From IMG/VR virus record IMGVR_UViG_3300042482_000679: a stretch of DNA of 64,000 nucleotides; one strand, 5' to 3'. Below are positions 19,542-29,830 of this stretch, in pieces. The stretch comes from a virus. The position numbers were made by a program, and so were the translations under genes. How positions within the stretch are numbered: position 1 is the stretch's first letter; each line of letters starts with the position of its first letter. The notes beneath the pieces are model-generated. The model saw nothing but the letters and a program-made list of their open reading frames with translations, ran no database searches and was not told the origin of the DNA.

Positions 19542-20293
19542 TGCTAGAGGTTCTATCAGCTACAACAGAAGAGTCCACCGCAAAAAAACGCGGTAGGAAA
19601 TCTACAGGTCAAACTACGAATTATTTTGACGTAAGGGAAGAAGAGGCTGTTAAAAGTTTTCTTTTAGCGGAAACGCAAGAAGAAAAAAATAGAATTTATA
19701 ACGAATTTCTACGTATGCCATTGGATAAAATGATATCCTCAATTATACGTAGATACAAACTTTATAGAAAAGATATGGATTTCAGGGAAATCCATAACGA
19801 TACTCATTCATTCTTAATGACAAAAGTTGATAAGTTTAAGCCTTCTAAAAATAAGAAGGCTTATTCATATTTTGGGACTATTTGTAAGAATTATTTGATG
19901 GGTCAAATAATTAAAGACCAAAAAGAAACTAATCGTAAAGTTTCTTATGAAGACATATCAACCTCATTAGAAGAAAGAGCTGATATGATATATCATATTG
20001 ATACCGAAGTCGTTGAAACTGATTTTGTGATAAAAAAATATTTGGACGAACTTAGAGGATTTATTGAAGAAGATTCTTTAAGTCATAGTGAGGTTAAACT
20101 AGGTTACGCCCTTATTGATTTATTTGAAAACTATGAAGAGATATTTTCAGGTACAGACAATAATAAATTCAATAAAAACATTATTTTACTCTCTTTAAGA
20201 GAGATGACAAATCTTTCAACAAAAGAGATTAGAAACTCAATGAAAAAGTTTAAAAAACTTTATGTTGTGGTGCAAGGTAGAATAAAAACTTAA
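19541..20293 (+). CDS. Phage late sigma factor (T4 gp55-like)
   Basis: NYF..., KFKPSKNKKAYSYFGTICKNYL resembles gp55/sigma region 2; lies directly before the structural genes. Confidence 0.7.
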   Translation: MLEVLSATTEESTAKKRGRKSTGQTTNYFDVREEEAVKSFLLAETQEEKNRIYNEFLRMPLDKMISSIIRRYKLYRKDMDFREIHNDTHSFLMTKVDKFKPSKNKKAYSYFGTICKNYLMGQIIKDQKETNRKVSYEDISTSLEERADMIYHIDTEVVETDFVIKKYLDELRGFIEEDSLSHSEVKLGYALIDLFENYEEIFSGTDNNKFNKNIILLSLREMTNLSTKEIRNSMKKFKKLYVVVQGRIKT

Positions 20294-20299
20294 GAAAAA

Positions 20300-20307
20300 T
20301 ATTTATA
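20300..20307 (+). promoter_or_regulatory. Putative late promoter TATTTATA (representative copy)
   Basis: TATTTA(T/A)N lies 3-30 nt upstream of about 18 structural or putatively late genes on both strands. Confidence 0.65.
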
Positions 20308-20310
20308 GGT

Positions 20311-20682
20311 ATGCCAAGACCACAAAAAAAAGAGATTAATCTTACAAAAGAGTCAATGTTGTCTCTTATGCAAGAAATTTATAACGAAATTGTTGAGCAA
20401 CGTAACACAGCAATTAGGATACAAAATAAAATGTTATCAATGATGAAGGAAGCATCAGATATGCAAAAATTAGGTCCTGTCATTGAAAAACAACAAAAAA
20501 TTATAAACGACTGTGTAGAAAAAAAGTTAACACTTTCAAAACTACAAGCAGGAATTTGGGAGAAGTCGTCATCAAATCAAGAATCATTTTCTTTATCTGA
20601 TATGGACGATGAATTGATGCGTTCACTTATTGATAGAGATTCTGACATCGATGATGATGAACCCACATACAAAATGAAATAA
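20311..20682 (+). CDS. Hypothetical coiled-coil protein
   Basis: 123 aa ORF after the late motif. Confidence 0.7.
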   Translation: MPRPQKKEINLTKESMLSLMQEIYNEIVEQRNTAIRIQNKMLSMMKEASDMQKLGPVIEKQQKIINDCVEKKLTLSKLQAGIWEKSSSNQESFSLSDMDDELMRSLIDRDSDIDDDEPTYKMK

Positions 20683-20683
20683 T

Positions 20684-22822
20684 ATGCCGTATGACGTTTC
20701 AAATATATCACCAGATTTAACTGATGGGTACAAAAGTATCCAATCACAAATAGGTGCTTTTGGGGCATATACACAAGCAACTACATCACAAAAAGAAGTT
20801 TCATCTACGAAAGGTAATTCAGATGCACAAGGGACTAATGCAATTGCACAACAACTCAATAGTGTCACTGAAGGACAGAAAGCGTTTCAAAGAAACGTAC
20901 CAACAAGTTACGACCAACTCTTAAAATTAATTAAAAGTTCGGCAAACGCAAATTCACAAGGTCAGGGTGGTCTTGAAACAACTAGAGCACTAAGAAAAAT
21001 ATTATTGGATGCGGTATTCAAGATGGAACCGTATGTTGCAAAAGTTATTGCAGATGAAGCGTTTAAAGCTTTAGGTTGTGCACAACAACAAACTTACCCA
21101 TCTATTTCACAGACAGTATTAGATTCCTTACCAAGCTTATCTACATTACCGGCAAACGAATCAATTTATGTTAACTTAGAAGAAATTGATTTTTTTGGTA
21201 GTTTGAAGGTTAAACCAAATTCATTAGTTGGTCGAATATATTACGAAACAACAGGATTTACACAACTATCACCATACATAAACTATAGTGGAGCTAAAAA
21301 GTTCCCAATGAATTTTGAGCTACAAAATAGAACTCAAAATTTAAATCAAACTTTTAAGTATGAATATGACTTACCTTATTACGGTAAATCAAATACAAAT
21401 CTTTGGGATTTTGAATACGTTAAACAAAATGATATTGGGGCAACTGGAGATTATCTTAGGATGTTTTTATTACAGAGACCTGATAAGAGTGGACAGTATG
21501 TTCCCCCTCCAACAACAGGAAGTACATTAAAATACTCGGCAAATACGATAGTTGATTCTTTGGGTGATTATTACCAATCTATCAAGGTATTTGATAGTAG
21601 GGTTTTTGCTGCAAACTTAATAAATTTATTAACGGGTTCTCTTTCCGTAGATTTAACATCAACTCAGGTTGAGGAGCAATCTAAATTTATATTAATTTTA
21701 AATAGGATTTTTGGTTTATGTGAGTCGGGTCCTAAAGAAATTGATGTTGCAGGAACATCAAAAATATCTGAATACGATAATATTGGTGATGAGTTTTTTG
21801 AATTTAATGAGGTAGATAATAACAATATTAATCAGTTTGTTAATGACGCCTTAAATGGTGTCGTGACATTCGTAGAATGTAATAATATCAATGTTCCTGT
21901 AAACAATCAGGTTATTTTAGAACAATTAACTCAAATAAATGATGACTTAAGTGTTAATGAACAAGTTGATTTACTTGAAGGTATTTTAGATTCAATTGTA
22001 GACAATTGGGAAAATACTTTTCCAGGAGTAGGGTTAAATGAGGCTTGGTTACAAAATATTTTACAGAAACTTCCTGTTGCGTTATTAGCGTCAATTTTTA
22101 CACCAAAAGTTTTACTCCCTCTTTTTACATTTAAATCTGTACTAGAAAATCAAATTTTAGGGTTTGCAAATGAAATTATTCAATCAGGAAACAGTATTGT
22201 AATTTCAGGAAACTCATCAATCGCGTCTGCAAATACAATCAATGATATTGTAAGTTCACAAGTTGCAAGTGGTGTTGATTTTGCAAGAAAATTTAAAAAA
22301 TTTGTGTTCGGAGTTGTTGCCGCAGTTGCCGAAAAATTCTTAGAAATATTATTTGAGGAACTAAAAAAGAATCTACTTAGAATAGTTAAGTTAATACTCA
22401 AAGACATATATCGAACAACTAAAGATAAAAGAGTTTTGATTATTCAATCATTGTTAGAAGCGGGCGAATTTATTGTTCAAACAGTTGTTAATTACCGAGA
22501 ATGTAAATCATTAGTTGGTGCGATTCAAAAAATATTAAAACTGATTAATAAAAAGTTACCAGGTACAGGAATTAATAAAGCACTTCTAGCTTTTGCGGAT
22601 GCGTTACCAGGTTTCTCACCTGAAAGGGCGGCAATAAATGCTATAGAATCTATGCAGGGATATGGATTACGAACAGGACCAACACCAGATGGTCAACCAA
22701 ATAAAATGACATTTTACCAAATTGCAACACAAAAAGGTTTAAGCGTTGAGGACGCTAAAAATGGTGTTGTTGATATTGGTATTAGTGTAATAACAGGACT
22801 ACCAATTGGAAAATCTCGATGA
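20684..22822 (+). CDS. Large putative virion structural protein
   Basis: 712 aa, in a late unit next to the baseplate hub gene; no family recognised. Confidence 0.55.
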   Translation: MPYDVSNISPDLTDGYKSIQSQIGAFGAYTQATTSQKEVSSTKGNSDAQGTNAIAQQLNSVTEGQKAFQRNVPTSYDQLLKLIKSSANANSQGQGGLETTRALRKILLDAVFKMEPYVAKVIADEAFKALGCAQQQTYPSISQTVLDSLPSLSTLPANESIYVNLEEIDFFGSLKVKPNSLVGRIYYETTGFTQLSPYINYSGAKKFPMNFELQNRTQNLNQTFKYEYDLPYYGKSNTNLWDFEYVKQNDIGATGDYLRMFLLQRPDKSGQYVPPPTTGSTLKYSANTIVDSLGDYYQSIKVFDSRVFAANLINLLTGSLSVDLTSTQVEEQSKFILILNRIFGLCESGPKEIDVAGTSKISEYDNIGDEFFEFNEVDNNNINQFVNDALNGVVTFVECNNINVPVNNQVILEQLTQINDDLSVNEQVDLLEGILDSIVDNWENTFPGVGLNEAWLQNILQKLPVALLASIFTPKVLLPLFTFKSVLENQILGFANEIIQSGNSIVISGNSSIASANTINDIVSSQVASGVDFARKFKKFVFGVVAAVAEKFLEILFEELKKNLLRIVKLILKDIYRTTKDKRVLIIQSLLEAGEFIVQTVVNYRECKSLVGAIQKILKLINKKLPGTGINKALLAFADALPGFSPERAAINAIESMQGYGLRTGPTPDGQPNKMTFYQIATQKGLSVEDAKNGVVDIGISVITGLPIGKSR

Positions 22823-23025
22823 CAGAAGAAGAATTTAAAATTATGATTGAAAGTTCTAAAGACGTTGATAAATTATCCAATAAGTCTTTAGAAACTAATA
22901 TGGACAAACTTGCAACAGAGTTTGAAGATACTAAAAAAAACATTATTAATATGACATACTACTTAGATAGAGTTGAGCAACTTTATGACGTTATGTTAAA
23001 AGAACACAAGAAAAGAAACGGATAA
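22819..23025 (+). CDS. Hypothetical protein
   Basis: 68 aa, overlaps both neighbours. Confidence 0.65.
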   Translation: MTEEEFKIMIESSKDVDKLSNKSLETNMDKLATEFEDTKKNIINMTYYLDRVEQLYDVMLKEHKKRNG

Positions 23026-24530
23026 TGGCAAGGTTATGGTATTACGCTAAAGTTGTTGACAATCAAGACCCTTTAAATCTTGGTCGTGTACGTGCACAAA
23101 TTTTAACAGATGATACGGAAGCGATTAGACAATCTGTAGAAGATTTTAATGTTGTAACGGATGCTTGGTCAGAAAAAGACCCATTTGTTTTTAACAGTTT
23201 ATTACCAATATACATTTGGTCCGTTCCAAAAGTAGATGAACTTCTACAAATTTACTACCACGATACTGATGACTCTCAGTTTTTAAACGCGTACTACATA
23301 CAAGGTCCTTTCTCAAGAATTCAAAATATTGTTTTAGAAAATTACGCTCAATCTGAAAGATATGGAGATATTAGAGGTATCAGATTAAATGGGTCAAAGT
23401 TTATTAGAAACACGGATGGTAGTTTTAAGAATCCTGACCCAAATGGAGTATTCCCCGACCCAGGAGATGTTGCAGTTATGGGTAGAGGGTCAACAGATTT
23501 AGTTTTAAAAGAAAACGAATTATTACTTAGAGCCGGGAAATACAAAGGAGAATTAGTTGGTGATAAAGACCCTGTCGGTAATAAAAACAGAGCCTTTTTA
23601 CAACTATCAAAATTTGACACATCAAAGATTAAAGAGGCTCAAAAAACATTCTTCGAGATTAAGGAATCTAACCCCCAAGTTAAGTATCTTATTGAGTATA
23701 TTATTAATAACCCCGAAAACTCATTACCAAACCCGATTTATAATGGTGTTTGTCGACTTTACAAATTAGTCCCTTCAGAAAGAACGTTAGCAAAGGCATT
23801 AAAGGTTGATTCAAATATTGAGGATTTAAAGGTTCTTGTTGCCCAAGAAAAGTTTACCAATTTAGAAGGAACACAACAAGTGATTGATTTTATTAACTTA
23901 TTCATTCAAACTTGTAACTCTAAAAGAAAAACCGCAAGTGGTGTTGAATTGTTTGGTGTTTTAGAACAAAGATTTCCAATCTACTTTAGACCCGCACCAT
24001 TTTTCTATACTCAAATGAGTGCCGGTAATTTTCAGACTCAAAGAACTTTATCAACCATATATCAAAAGATTAAGTTGAATCAAAACAACTCAGTTGGTGG
24101 TTATGGTTTAATATACGAACAGTCTAAAGTTGGTGTTCCTATTAAATTAATCAAAAATGTTGTTGAAGGTTTTAAAACTACAGGATTACCATCAACATTC
24201 GCGGCATTAGGGGGGAACAAAATTTATCTATTGTCTCAAACCTCTCAAATACCGGGTAAAAAGAAAATCAATTTTGATAATAGTCTCTATGGTATTGATG
24301 AAACTAAGTTTGTTACTGAGATTGACCCAAATACCTCAAGTTTAGTTAGGGGTGAAGAGTTATTAGAGTTTTTGAATCAAATTGTTAGGTTCTTAATTTC
24401 ACATACTCACGCTTATCCTGGTGAACCACCTTGTGTTGTTACAGAAGACGGTTCTACTGTTTCTGCAGTTCTTACAGCAAATAATGAAGCTCCATCCAAA
24501 GTTCTTAACCAGAATATTCGACTGAATTGA
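23025..24530 (+). CDS. Baseplate hub/central spike protein (gp5/VgrG-like OB fold)
   Basis: N-terminal AKVVDNQDPLNLGRVRAQI; C-terminal HTH (HxH) spike-tip-like motif. Confidence 0.7.
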   Translation: MARLWYYAKVVDNQDPLNLGRVRAQILTDDTEAIRQSVEDFNVVTDAWSEKDPFVFNSLLPIYIWSVPKVDELLQIYYHDTDDSQFLNAYYIQGPFSRIQNIVLENYAQSERYGDIRGIRLNGSKFIRNTDGSFKNPDPNGVFPDPGDVAVMGRGSTDLVLKENELLLRAGKYKGELVGDKDPVGNKNRAFLQLSKFDTSKIKEAQKTFFEIKESNPQVKYLIEYIINNPENSLPNPIYNGVCRLYKLVPSERTLAKALKVDSNIEDLKVLVAQEKFTNLEGTQQVIDFINLFIQTCNSKRKTASGVELFGVLEQRFPIYFRPAPFFYTQMSAGNFQTQRTLSTIYQKIKLNQNNSVGGYGLIYEQSKVGVPIKLIKNVVEGFKTTGLPSTFAALGGNKIYLLSQTSQIPGKKKINFDNSLYGIDETKFVTEIDPNTSSLVRGEELLEFLNQIVRFLISHTHAYPGEPPCVVTEDGSTVSAVLTANNEAPSKVLNQNIRLN

Positions 24531-24555
24531 TATTTATAATAAAATACTTATTTAA

Positions 24556-26064
24556 ATGTCTATCTTAAGGTCATATTTCTCAAAGAACGATACTATAATA
24601 TCAAATCTTTATACCAATACTGCTCGTAACCCAGTTGCTGAATTAAACTTTGGTGCTTCGGATTTAATTGTACCCAACTTTGGTTTTACACGTTTTTTAT
24701 TTGACCTTGATTTAACTTATCTTGAAGAACAAATTGCTTCAGGTGTTATATCAACAGGTTGTACCACAGGTATGACTCACGTTTTAAATATGGTTAATAC
24801 TTCATCGTTTGAAGATGACTTGATTAATACCAATATGACAAATGGTAGAAAAAGAGCAACATCATTTGATTTAATTCTTTTTAGAATACCAAAATACTCA
24901 GGAAGTACAGGTGAACCTCAAGTATGGGATGAAGGTGTTGGGTTTGATTATAATGATTACGCATTAACTAAGAATGGTGTTAGTGGTCAATTATCTGTCA
25001 TCCAACAAAACAATAACTCAGCCTTTTCAACAAGACCAACAAACTGGTATCAAAGAAGTACACTTAAGAATTGGTCAGTACCTGGTTTATATGACAATAG
25101 AAACACTTTAACAAGTTTGACGGGGTGTAACTACTCTGCGTTAACAATCGTTGACGTACAACACTTTGAATTGGGTAATGAAGATGCAAGTTTTGATATG
25201 ACTAATGAAATCAACAGTATTTTAAATGGTACGTTGACAGGTGTCACAGGATGGGGAATTGCTTATGTCCCTGATATTGAGAATATTACAGGTTTAACTG
25301 AGAGTTATAGTGTTGCGTTCTTTTCAAAATACACACAAACATTCTACCAACCATATCTTCAAACAACCTATAATGATTTGATTAAGGATGATAGAAATTT
25401 ATTCTTACAAAATCAGACAAATAAGTTATACTTATATGTTTATCAAAACGGTGATTTTGTAAACTTAGATAATTTACCAACAGTATCTATTGAGGACTCT
25501 GCAGGAGATTTAGTTGTTACAGGATTGTCAACTTGTTTGATTACAAAGGGTATTTATGAAGTCACGGTTCCTAACGCCTTTTCAGCATACACAACACCTT
25601 GTATGTTCTATGATGTGTGGTCTAACTTAACAATTAATGGACAACCCATTCCAAACATAACCAATGAATTTGTTTTAAGACCTTATACGTCAGGAATTCA
25701 GATAGGAACCCTATCCAAAGAACCTGAAAAATTTGGGTTTAGTTATTATGGTATTTTACAAAATGAAAAAATACTTAATACTGAAATTAGAAAAATTGGT
25801 GTAATCGCCAAAAAACTTTGGTCGTCACAGACTTTATTGATGGACATTGATGTTTACTATAGAGTTTACGTAAAAGAAGGTACCACTGAGGTTATCGTCC
25901 AAGATTGGACTCCTGTAAATAGAACCCCTAACGAATATTATTTCATCTTTGATATGAGAGACAAAATACCAAATGAATATTTTGTGGACATAAGGGTAAA
26001 CACAAGTGGTGAGAAAGATATTTATAAAGACACATTACAATTCCAAATAGTAAACAAAAAATGA
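24556..26064 (+). CDS. Putative virion structural protein
   Basis: 502 aa, beta-rich composition, TATTTATA at 24531. Confidence 0.55.
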   Translation: MSILRSYFSKNDTIISNLYTNTARNPVAELNFGASDLIVPNFGFTRFLFDLDLTYLEEQIASGVISTGCTTGMTHVLNMVNTSSFEDDLINTNMTNGRKRATSFDLILFRIPKYSGSTGEPQVWDEGVGFDYNDYALTKNGVSGQLSVIQQNNNSAFSTRPTNWYQRSTLKNWSVPGLYDNRNTLTSLTGCNYSALTIVDVQHFELGNEDASFDMTNEINSILNGTLTGVTGWGIAYVPDIENITGLTESYSVAFFSKYTQTFYQPYLQTTYNDLIKDDRNLFLQNQTNKLYLYVYQNGDFVNLDNLPTVSIEDSAGDLVVTGLSTCLITKGIYEVTVPNAFSAYTTPCMFYDVWSNLTINGQPIPNITNEFVLRPYTSGIQIGTLSKEPEKFGFSYYGILQNEKILNTEIRKIGVIAKKLWSSQTLLMDIDVYYRVYVKEGTTEVIVQDWTPVNRTPNEYYFIFDMRDKIPNEYFVDIRVNTSGEKDIYKDTLQFQIVNKK

Positions 26065-26540
26065 AAACAGTAAGACTTTCAGAAACAGAACTAACTAACC
26101 TAATAAAAAAAGTTTTAGGTGAAGATAAGGATATGAGAAGTAACAGATATATGTTCTTTTCTAATTTAGAACAAATGAAAAGACAATGTGAGCTTCTTTT
26201 GGAGCTAGACGAAGACACTATCACAGAAATTCTTAACAATGGACACGACTGGGCTGATGACCATATAACAGAATCCAAAAACAATTTAGACCAAGTTTTT
26301 GATTTTATGATGAATGAAATCAATGGTGAGGGGGAAGATATGGAATACGACGAGTATGAATATGTTAACGAAGGTCGTAAAAAGACAGGGACTAAGTTAT
26401 GTGCTCGTGGTAAAGCTGCTGCCAAATCAAAATTTGATGTTTACCCTTCAGCATACGCTAATGGATACGCGGTCCAAGTCTGTAAGGGAAAACAACCTGG
26501 ACTTGACGGTAAAAAAAGATGTTCAGGAACCTACTGTTAA
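26061..26540 (+). CDS. Hypothetical protein with basic Cys-containing C-terminus (KFDVYPSAYAN motif)
   Basis: Leader MKTVRLSETELTNLIKKVLGE; motif recalled from other T4-like phage proteins (possibly DUF5872). Confidence 0.6.
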   Translation: MKTVRLSETELTNLIKKVLGEDKDMRSNRYMFFSNLEQMKRQCELLLELDEDTITEILNNGHDWADDHITESKNNLDQVFDFMMNEINGEGEDMEYDEYEYVNEGRKKTGTKLCARGKAAAKSKFDVYPSAYANGYAVQVCKGKQPGLDGKKRCSGTYC

Positions 26541-26589
26541 TTTTTTTATTCAAAAACTTTCATTATATTTGTAGTCAATAAACGAGACT

Positions 26590-26994
26590 ATGAGTACATT
26601 ACTACACAAACTAAAACGTTTCATCCAAAAGAGTGCAATTAAAGCAATTCGGGTTTCTACACCACCACAAGAGAAATCTGAATATGAGAGAGATGCTATT
26701 AATATTTGTAAAAGACTAATAGCAAAACCTGAAAGTTTGTTATTACTAACCCCAATATCGTCTAAAAGATATATTAAAAACGATGCCTCAGGTATCTTTG
26801 TAATTTTAGAAGGTCGAAGTATCAAAGTAATAAATCACGTATACTCTTACGTAGTATTTTTAGAAGACAAATCTTGGAATCAGTTAACTTCATTGTTTGA
26901 TAATGAAGTTGAAAGCCGTAGAGAGGAATTTGAAAAGGAGATAACTGCAAATATTCGTCATTCACTCCAAACAATTTATAAGAATATAAAATGA
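26590..26994 (+). CDS. Hypothetical protein
   Basis: 134 aa, preceded by TATATTTG. Confidence 0.65.
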   Translation: MSTLLHKLKRFIQKSAIKAIRVSTPPQEKSEYERDAINICKRLIAKPESLLLLTPISSKRYIKNDASGIFVILEGRSIKVINHVYSYVVFLEDKSWNQLTSLFDNEVESRREEFEKEITANIRHSLQTIYKNIK

Positions 26995-27311
26995 AACAGT
27001 TTAAAAGTTTATTTGTATATGGTTTGATTGGATATCTATTTATCTCATCAATAGTTATTCTACTTACGTATAACGTATTACTTTATTTTGGTAAAGGTGG
27101 TAGAAAACCTATCACTAAAACTATTGAGGAAAAACCTTATGTTTTTGATGATGAATCTAAAAAACCATTAAAAAATGATAGTAATAATACTGTCAAAATT
27201 CAAAAACAAACACCTAAAGTTATTCCGCAAGTTGTCCCACAAGTCAAAGATTCCTTTAAAGAAAGTAATGATAGTATTGTTAACCCTGTCGATTCTTTAA
27301 AGACTCCTTAA
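26991..27311 (+). CDS. Single-pass membrane protein
   Basis: N-terminal hydrophobic helix; C-terminal DSI and DSL motifs. Confidence 0.65.
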   Translation: MKQFKSLFVYGLIGYLFISSIVILLTYNVLLYFGKGGRKPITKTIEEKPYVFDDESKKPLKNDSNNTVKIQKQTPKVIPQVVPQVKDSFKESNDSIVNPVDSLKTP

Positions 27312-27684
27312 GAACATTTAAAATAGTATTTCTAAGACTTTCATTTTTTTTAGTCTTATAGGACACCATAGTTGGTTTATTACCCTTACCAACTTTTGGG
27401 TCCTTTTTTTCCGCACGTCTTTTTTGTGCACAGGCAGCTTTTTTCTGTGCATCTGTCATTTTAGACGCTACTCCCGCCGCACGACATTTTGGATATCCTT
27501 TAGGGTCAGCATCAGGTCTACCACAAGGTGGATGACCTCCACCTTCTTTTTTTCTACAAATATTAACCCAAGGACCTTTAGGTTGCTTAGAACCTTTTGG
27601 TTTTTTCTTAGTACCAAACCAAACCGCTAAATCTTCGTTTAACATTTTTTCGTAATTAGAATCTCTTCCCGCTTGTAATTTCAT
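27280..27684 (-). CDS. Basic Cys-rich hypothetical protein
   Basis: WF...PWVNIC...PCGR...YPKCR motif; late motif at 27702-27709. Confidence 0.65.
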   Translation of the reverse strand: MKLQAGRDSNYEKMLNEDLAVWFGTKKKPKGSKQPKGPWVNICRKKEGGGHPPCGRPDADPKGYPKCRAAGVASKMTDAQKKAACAQKRRAEKKDPKVGKGNKPTMVSYKTKKNESLRNTILNVLKESLKNRQG

Positions 27685-27714
27685 AAAAAATATCTTATTA
27701 TTATAAATATCACT

Positions 27715-27939
27715 ATGGAAGATAATTTCGAAAATACAGAACCTATTGGGGAATTGTTTGGTAATGTTTTATACAGAACCAATGAACAATTAAATGATTT
27801 AATTGATAATTTGGATGAAGAGCAGGCATACATTATGATGAAGTTTGCCTGTGAAAAGGCGTTATACGCGGGTATCTTTACATTACCCGAAACCGAAATA
27901 CTACTTAAATCTTTACGGAAAACACATAAGTTAGGATAA
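27715..27939 (+). CDS. Hypothetical protein
   Basis: 74 aa ORF ending at the shared terminator. Confidence 0.6.
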   Translation: MEDNFENTEPIGELFGNVLYRTNEQLNDLIDNLDEEQAYIMMKFACEKALYAGIFTLPETEILLKSLRKTHKLG

Positions 27940-27967
27940 AAAAAAAAGGGGACCATTGGTCCCCTTT
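27938..27967 (-). terminator. Intrinsic terminator after the major capsid gene
   Basis: AAAGGGGACC-ATT-GGTCCCCTTT hairpin followed by a U-tract on the minus strand. Confidence 0.85.
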
Positions 27968-27986
27968 CTGTTAGATTTGAGTTTGA

Positions 27987-29792
27987 TTATCTCAATTCTC
28001 TCAAGTCGAATGTTCTAACACCATCAACTGTGATTCTACCATAGAATCTGTTGTTCACCATTTTCTTAGCGTATCTTGTCATAATACCTTTGATTGGTGT
28101 GAAGTTGAATGGGTTATACATTGTTGGTGTTAATTGTAGAGGTACATACGGTGCGTAAATGTAACCTGTGTCAAGTAACGATGTTCCTTTATGTCCTAAC
28201 AACACTTGGTTTGCTGGGAAGTAAGGGTCACGGTAAACTTGATATCTACCAGCCAATGTACCAACTCTCTCAATACCCATATTGTATTGGTCTTGCTCAG
28301 GAGCCGCATTTGATACGTGGAAGTATTCCAAGTCATCAAAGATAGCAGATACCTCAGAAGATACTACAATCCAGTTAGCTCCACCTCTTAAAGTAGATTT
28401 GTGGATTTGAGCTGAGATTTGGTTGATTGCTGTGATAAGAGTTTGGTTCCAGTCCTTTTGTGTGTAAGGAACTGCACTTGAACCTAATCTCTTCCATCCG
28501 TTGTAGTCCCAACGTAAGTTCCAAGCCGCACCTTTTCTAAGGTCTCTTAAGATTTCACGGTCGATTTCAGCCGCAACTTGCTCAGACAATAAAGCTGTTA
28601 ATTCAGCTTCAGCGTCGATGTTGTGGAATGCCGCTACGTCTTGAGCCATTTCAGGTGACCATTGTGCTCTTAATTTTCTTTCTGTAACCGATACAGTCAC
28701 TGACTGAAGGTCGAAAGAAACTTCACCGATTCTATCTTCAAATTCAAGATTCTTGTAGATTCTATAAGTTGTAGAGAATGCTTGTGAAGCTGCTGACAAT
28801 GAAGAGTAGAATGTTGAACCTGTGTAACCATCGATTGAGTTAGCATCTCCACAAGAGATACAAACAGGAACCTGAAGGTCAACTTCCAAGTAGATTTTAC
28901 CTTCTGCGTCACATACGTTGTAATATGTACCACCGTCAGTTCTAGAGTTAGGGAACTCAAGAGTTACGTCTGAACCGTACTCAACAATACCTTTACCATA
29001 TCTTTGAGTAACAACTCTGAATAAGTAGTTATTGTTTACGTTAGCAGCTGTTGTGTAGTTACCAGCCTTACCTCTAATAGTCAAGTCAGATAAGAATTCT
29101 TCAGTATCCATTGGTTGACCGTTAGGTCCGATTAATTGACCAGCACCTGCTGAAGCAAATCCTGTCATAACCAAAAGAACTTTTCTGTAGTTATCTAAAC
29201 CATAACCTGAAGCAACTAACTCATCACCAACCCATACTACAGTAGAGTTACCAGCTGTGATTGACGAGAAGCTACCTTTTGAGTAGTCGTAAAGACCTGG
29301 AGGGTCAAGAGCTGGTTCGTTACCTTCGTAGAATCTATCGTAAAGGTCTTTAGTTGCGTTGTAATCATAACCACTATTTGGTTGTTGGTTAGCAGCCGCG
29401 TTAGGTGAACCATAAGGTGCCCAGTGTTCACCAAATGTTGATGTTTCAGTTTCGTAAGACTGAATGTTAGGTACGAAGTAGAACAATTTACCGATAGGAA
29501 GGTTCATAGCTTGTACTGAAACGATGTCGTTAGCCAAAAGTTTAGAGAAAACTCTTCTTACGATTGGGAAAACAACTGTTTCAAATGAACCTGAGTCAGC
29601 AGTTGATGCAGCTTCGTTAATGAGATATGATGCTTGGTTTTCATATAACTGAGCAACGTTCTCTTTTAGGTGGCCTTTAAGACCTTCAAGGAACCCTAAT
29701 TTGTCCCATTTGTTGATTGTATCTTCTTTGATAACTTTAAGGTGCTTAAGACCAATGTTACCAACAAGACCTGATTCTAATAATGCTCCCAT
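27987..29792 (-). CDS. Major capsid protein (T4 gp23-like)
   Basis: PIVRRVF..LLANDIVSVQAMNLPIG, RKLRAQWSPEMAQD, IDAEAELTALLSEQVAAEIDREI, YAPYVPL, GIMTRY. Confidence 0.97.
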   Translation of the reverse strand: MGALLESGLVGNIGLKHLKVIKEDTINKWDKLGFLEGLKGHLKENVAQLYENQASYLINEAASTADSGSFETVVFPIVRRVFSKLLANDIVSVQAMNLPIGKLFYFVPNIQSYETETSTFGEHWAPYGSPNAAANQQPNSGYDYNATKDLYDRFYEGNEPALDPPGLYDYSKGSFSSITAGNSTVVWVGDELVASGYGLDNYRKVLLVMTGFASAGAGQLIGPNGQPMDTEEFLSDLTIRGKAGNYTTAANVNNNYLFRVVTQRYGKGIVEYGSDVTLEFPNSRTDGGTYYNVCDAEGKIYLEVDLQVPVCISCGDANSIDGYTGSTFYSSLSAASQAFSTTYRIYKNLEFEDRIGEVSFDLQSVTVSVTERKLRAQWSPEMAQDVAAFHNIDAEAELTALLSEQVAAEIDREILRDLRKGAAWNLRWDYNGWKRLGSSAVPYTQKDWNQTLITAINQISAQIHKSTLRGGANWIVVSSEVSAIFDDLEYFHVSNAAPEQDQYNMGIERVGTLAGRYQVYRDPYFPANQVLLGHKGTSLLDTGYIYAPYVPLQLTPTMYNPFNFTPIKGIMTRYAKKMVNNRFYGRITVDGVRTFDLRELR

Positions 29793-29830
29793 TTTAGTAT
29801 TTGGATTTTGTTTTTAGTTTATTTTTATTT

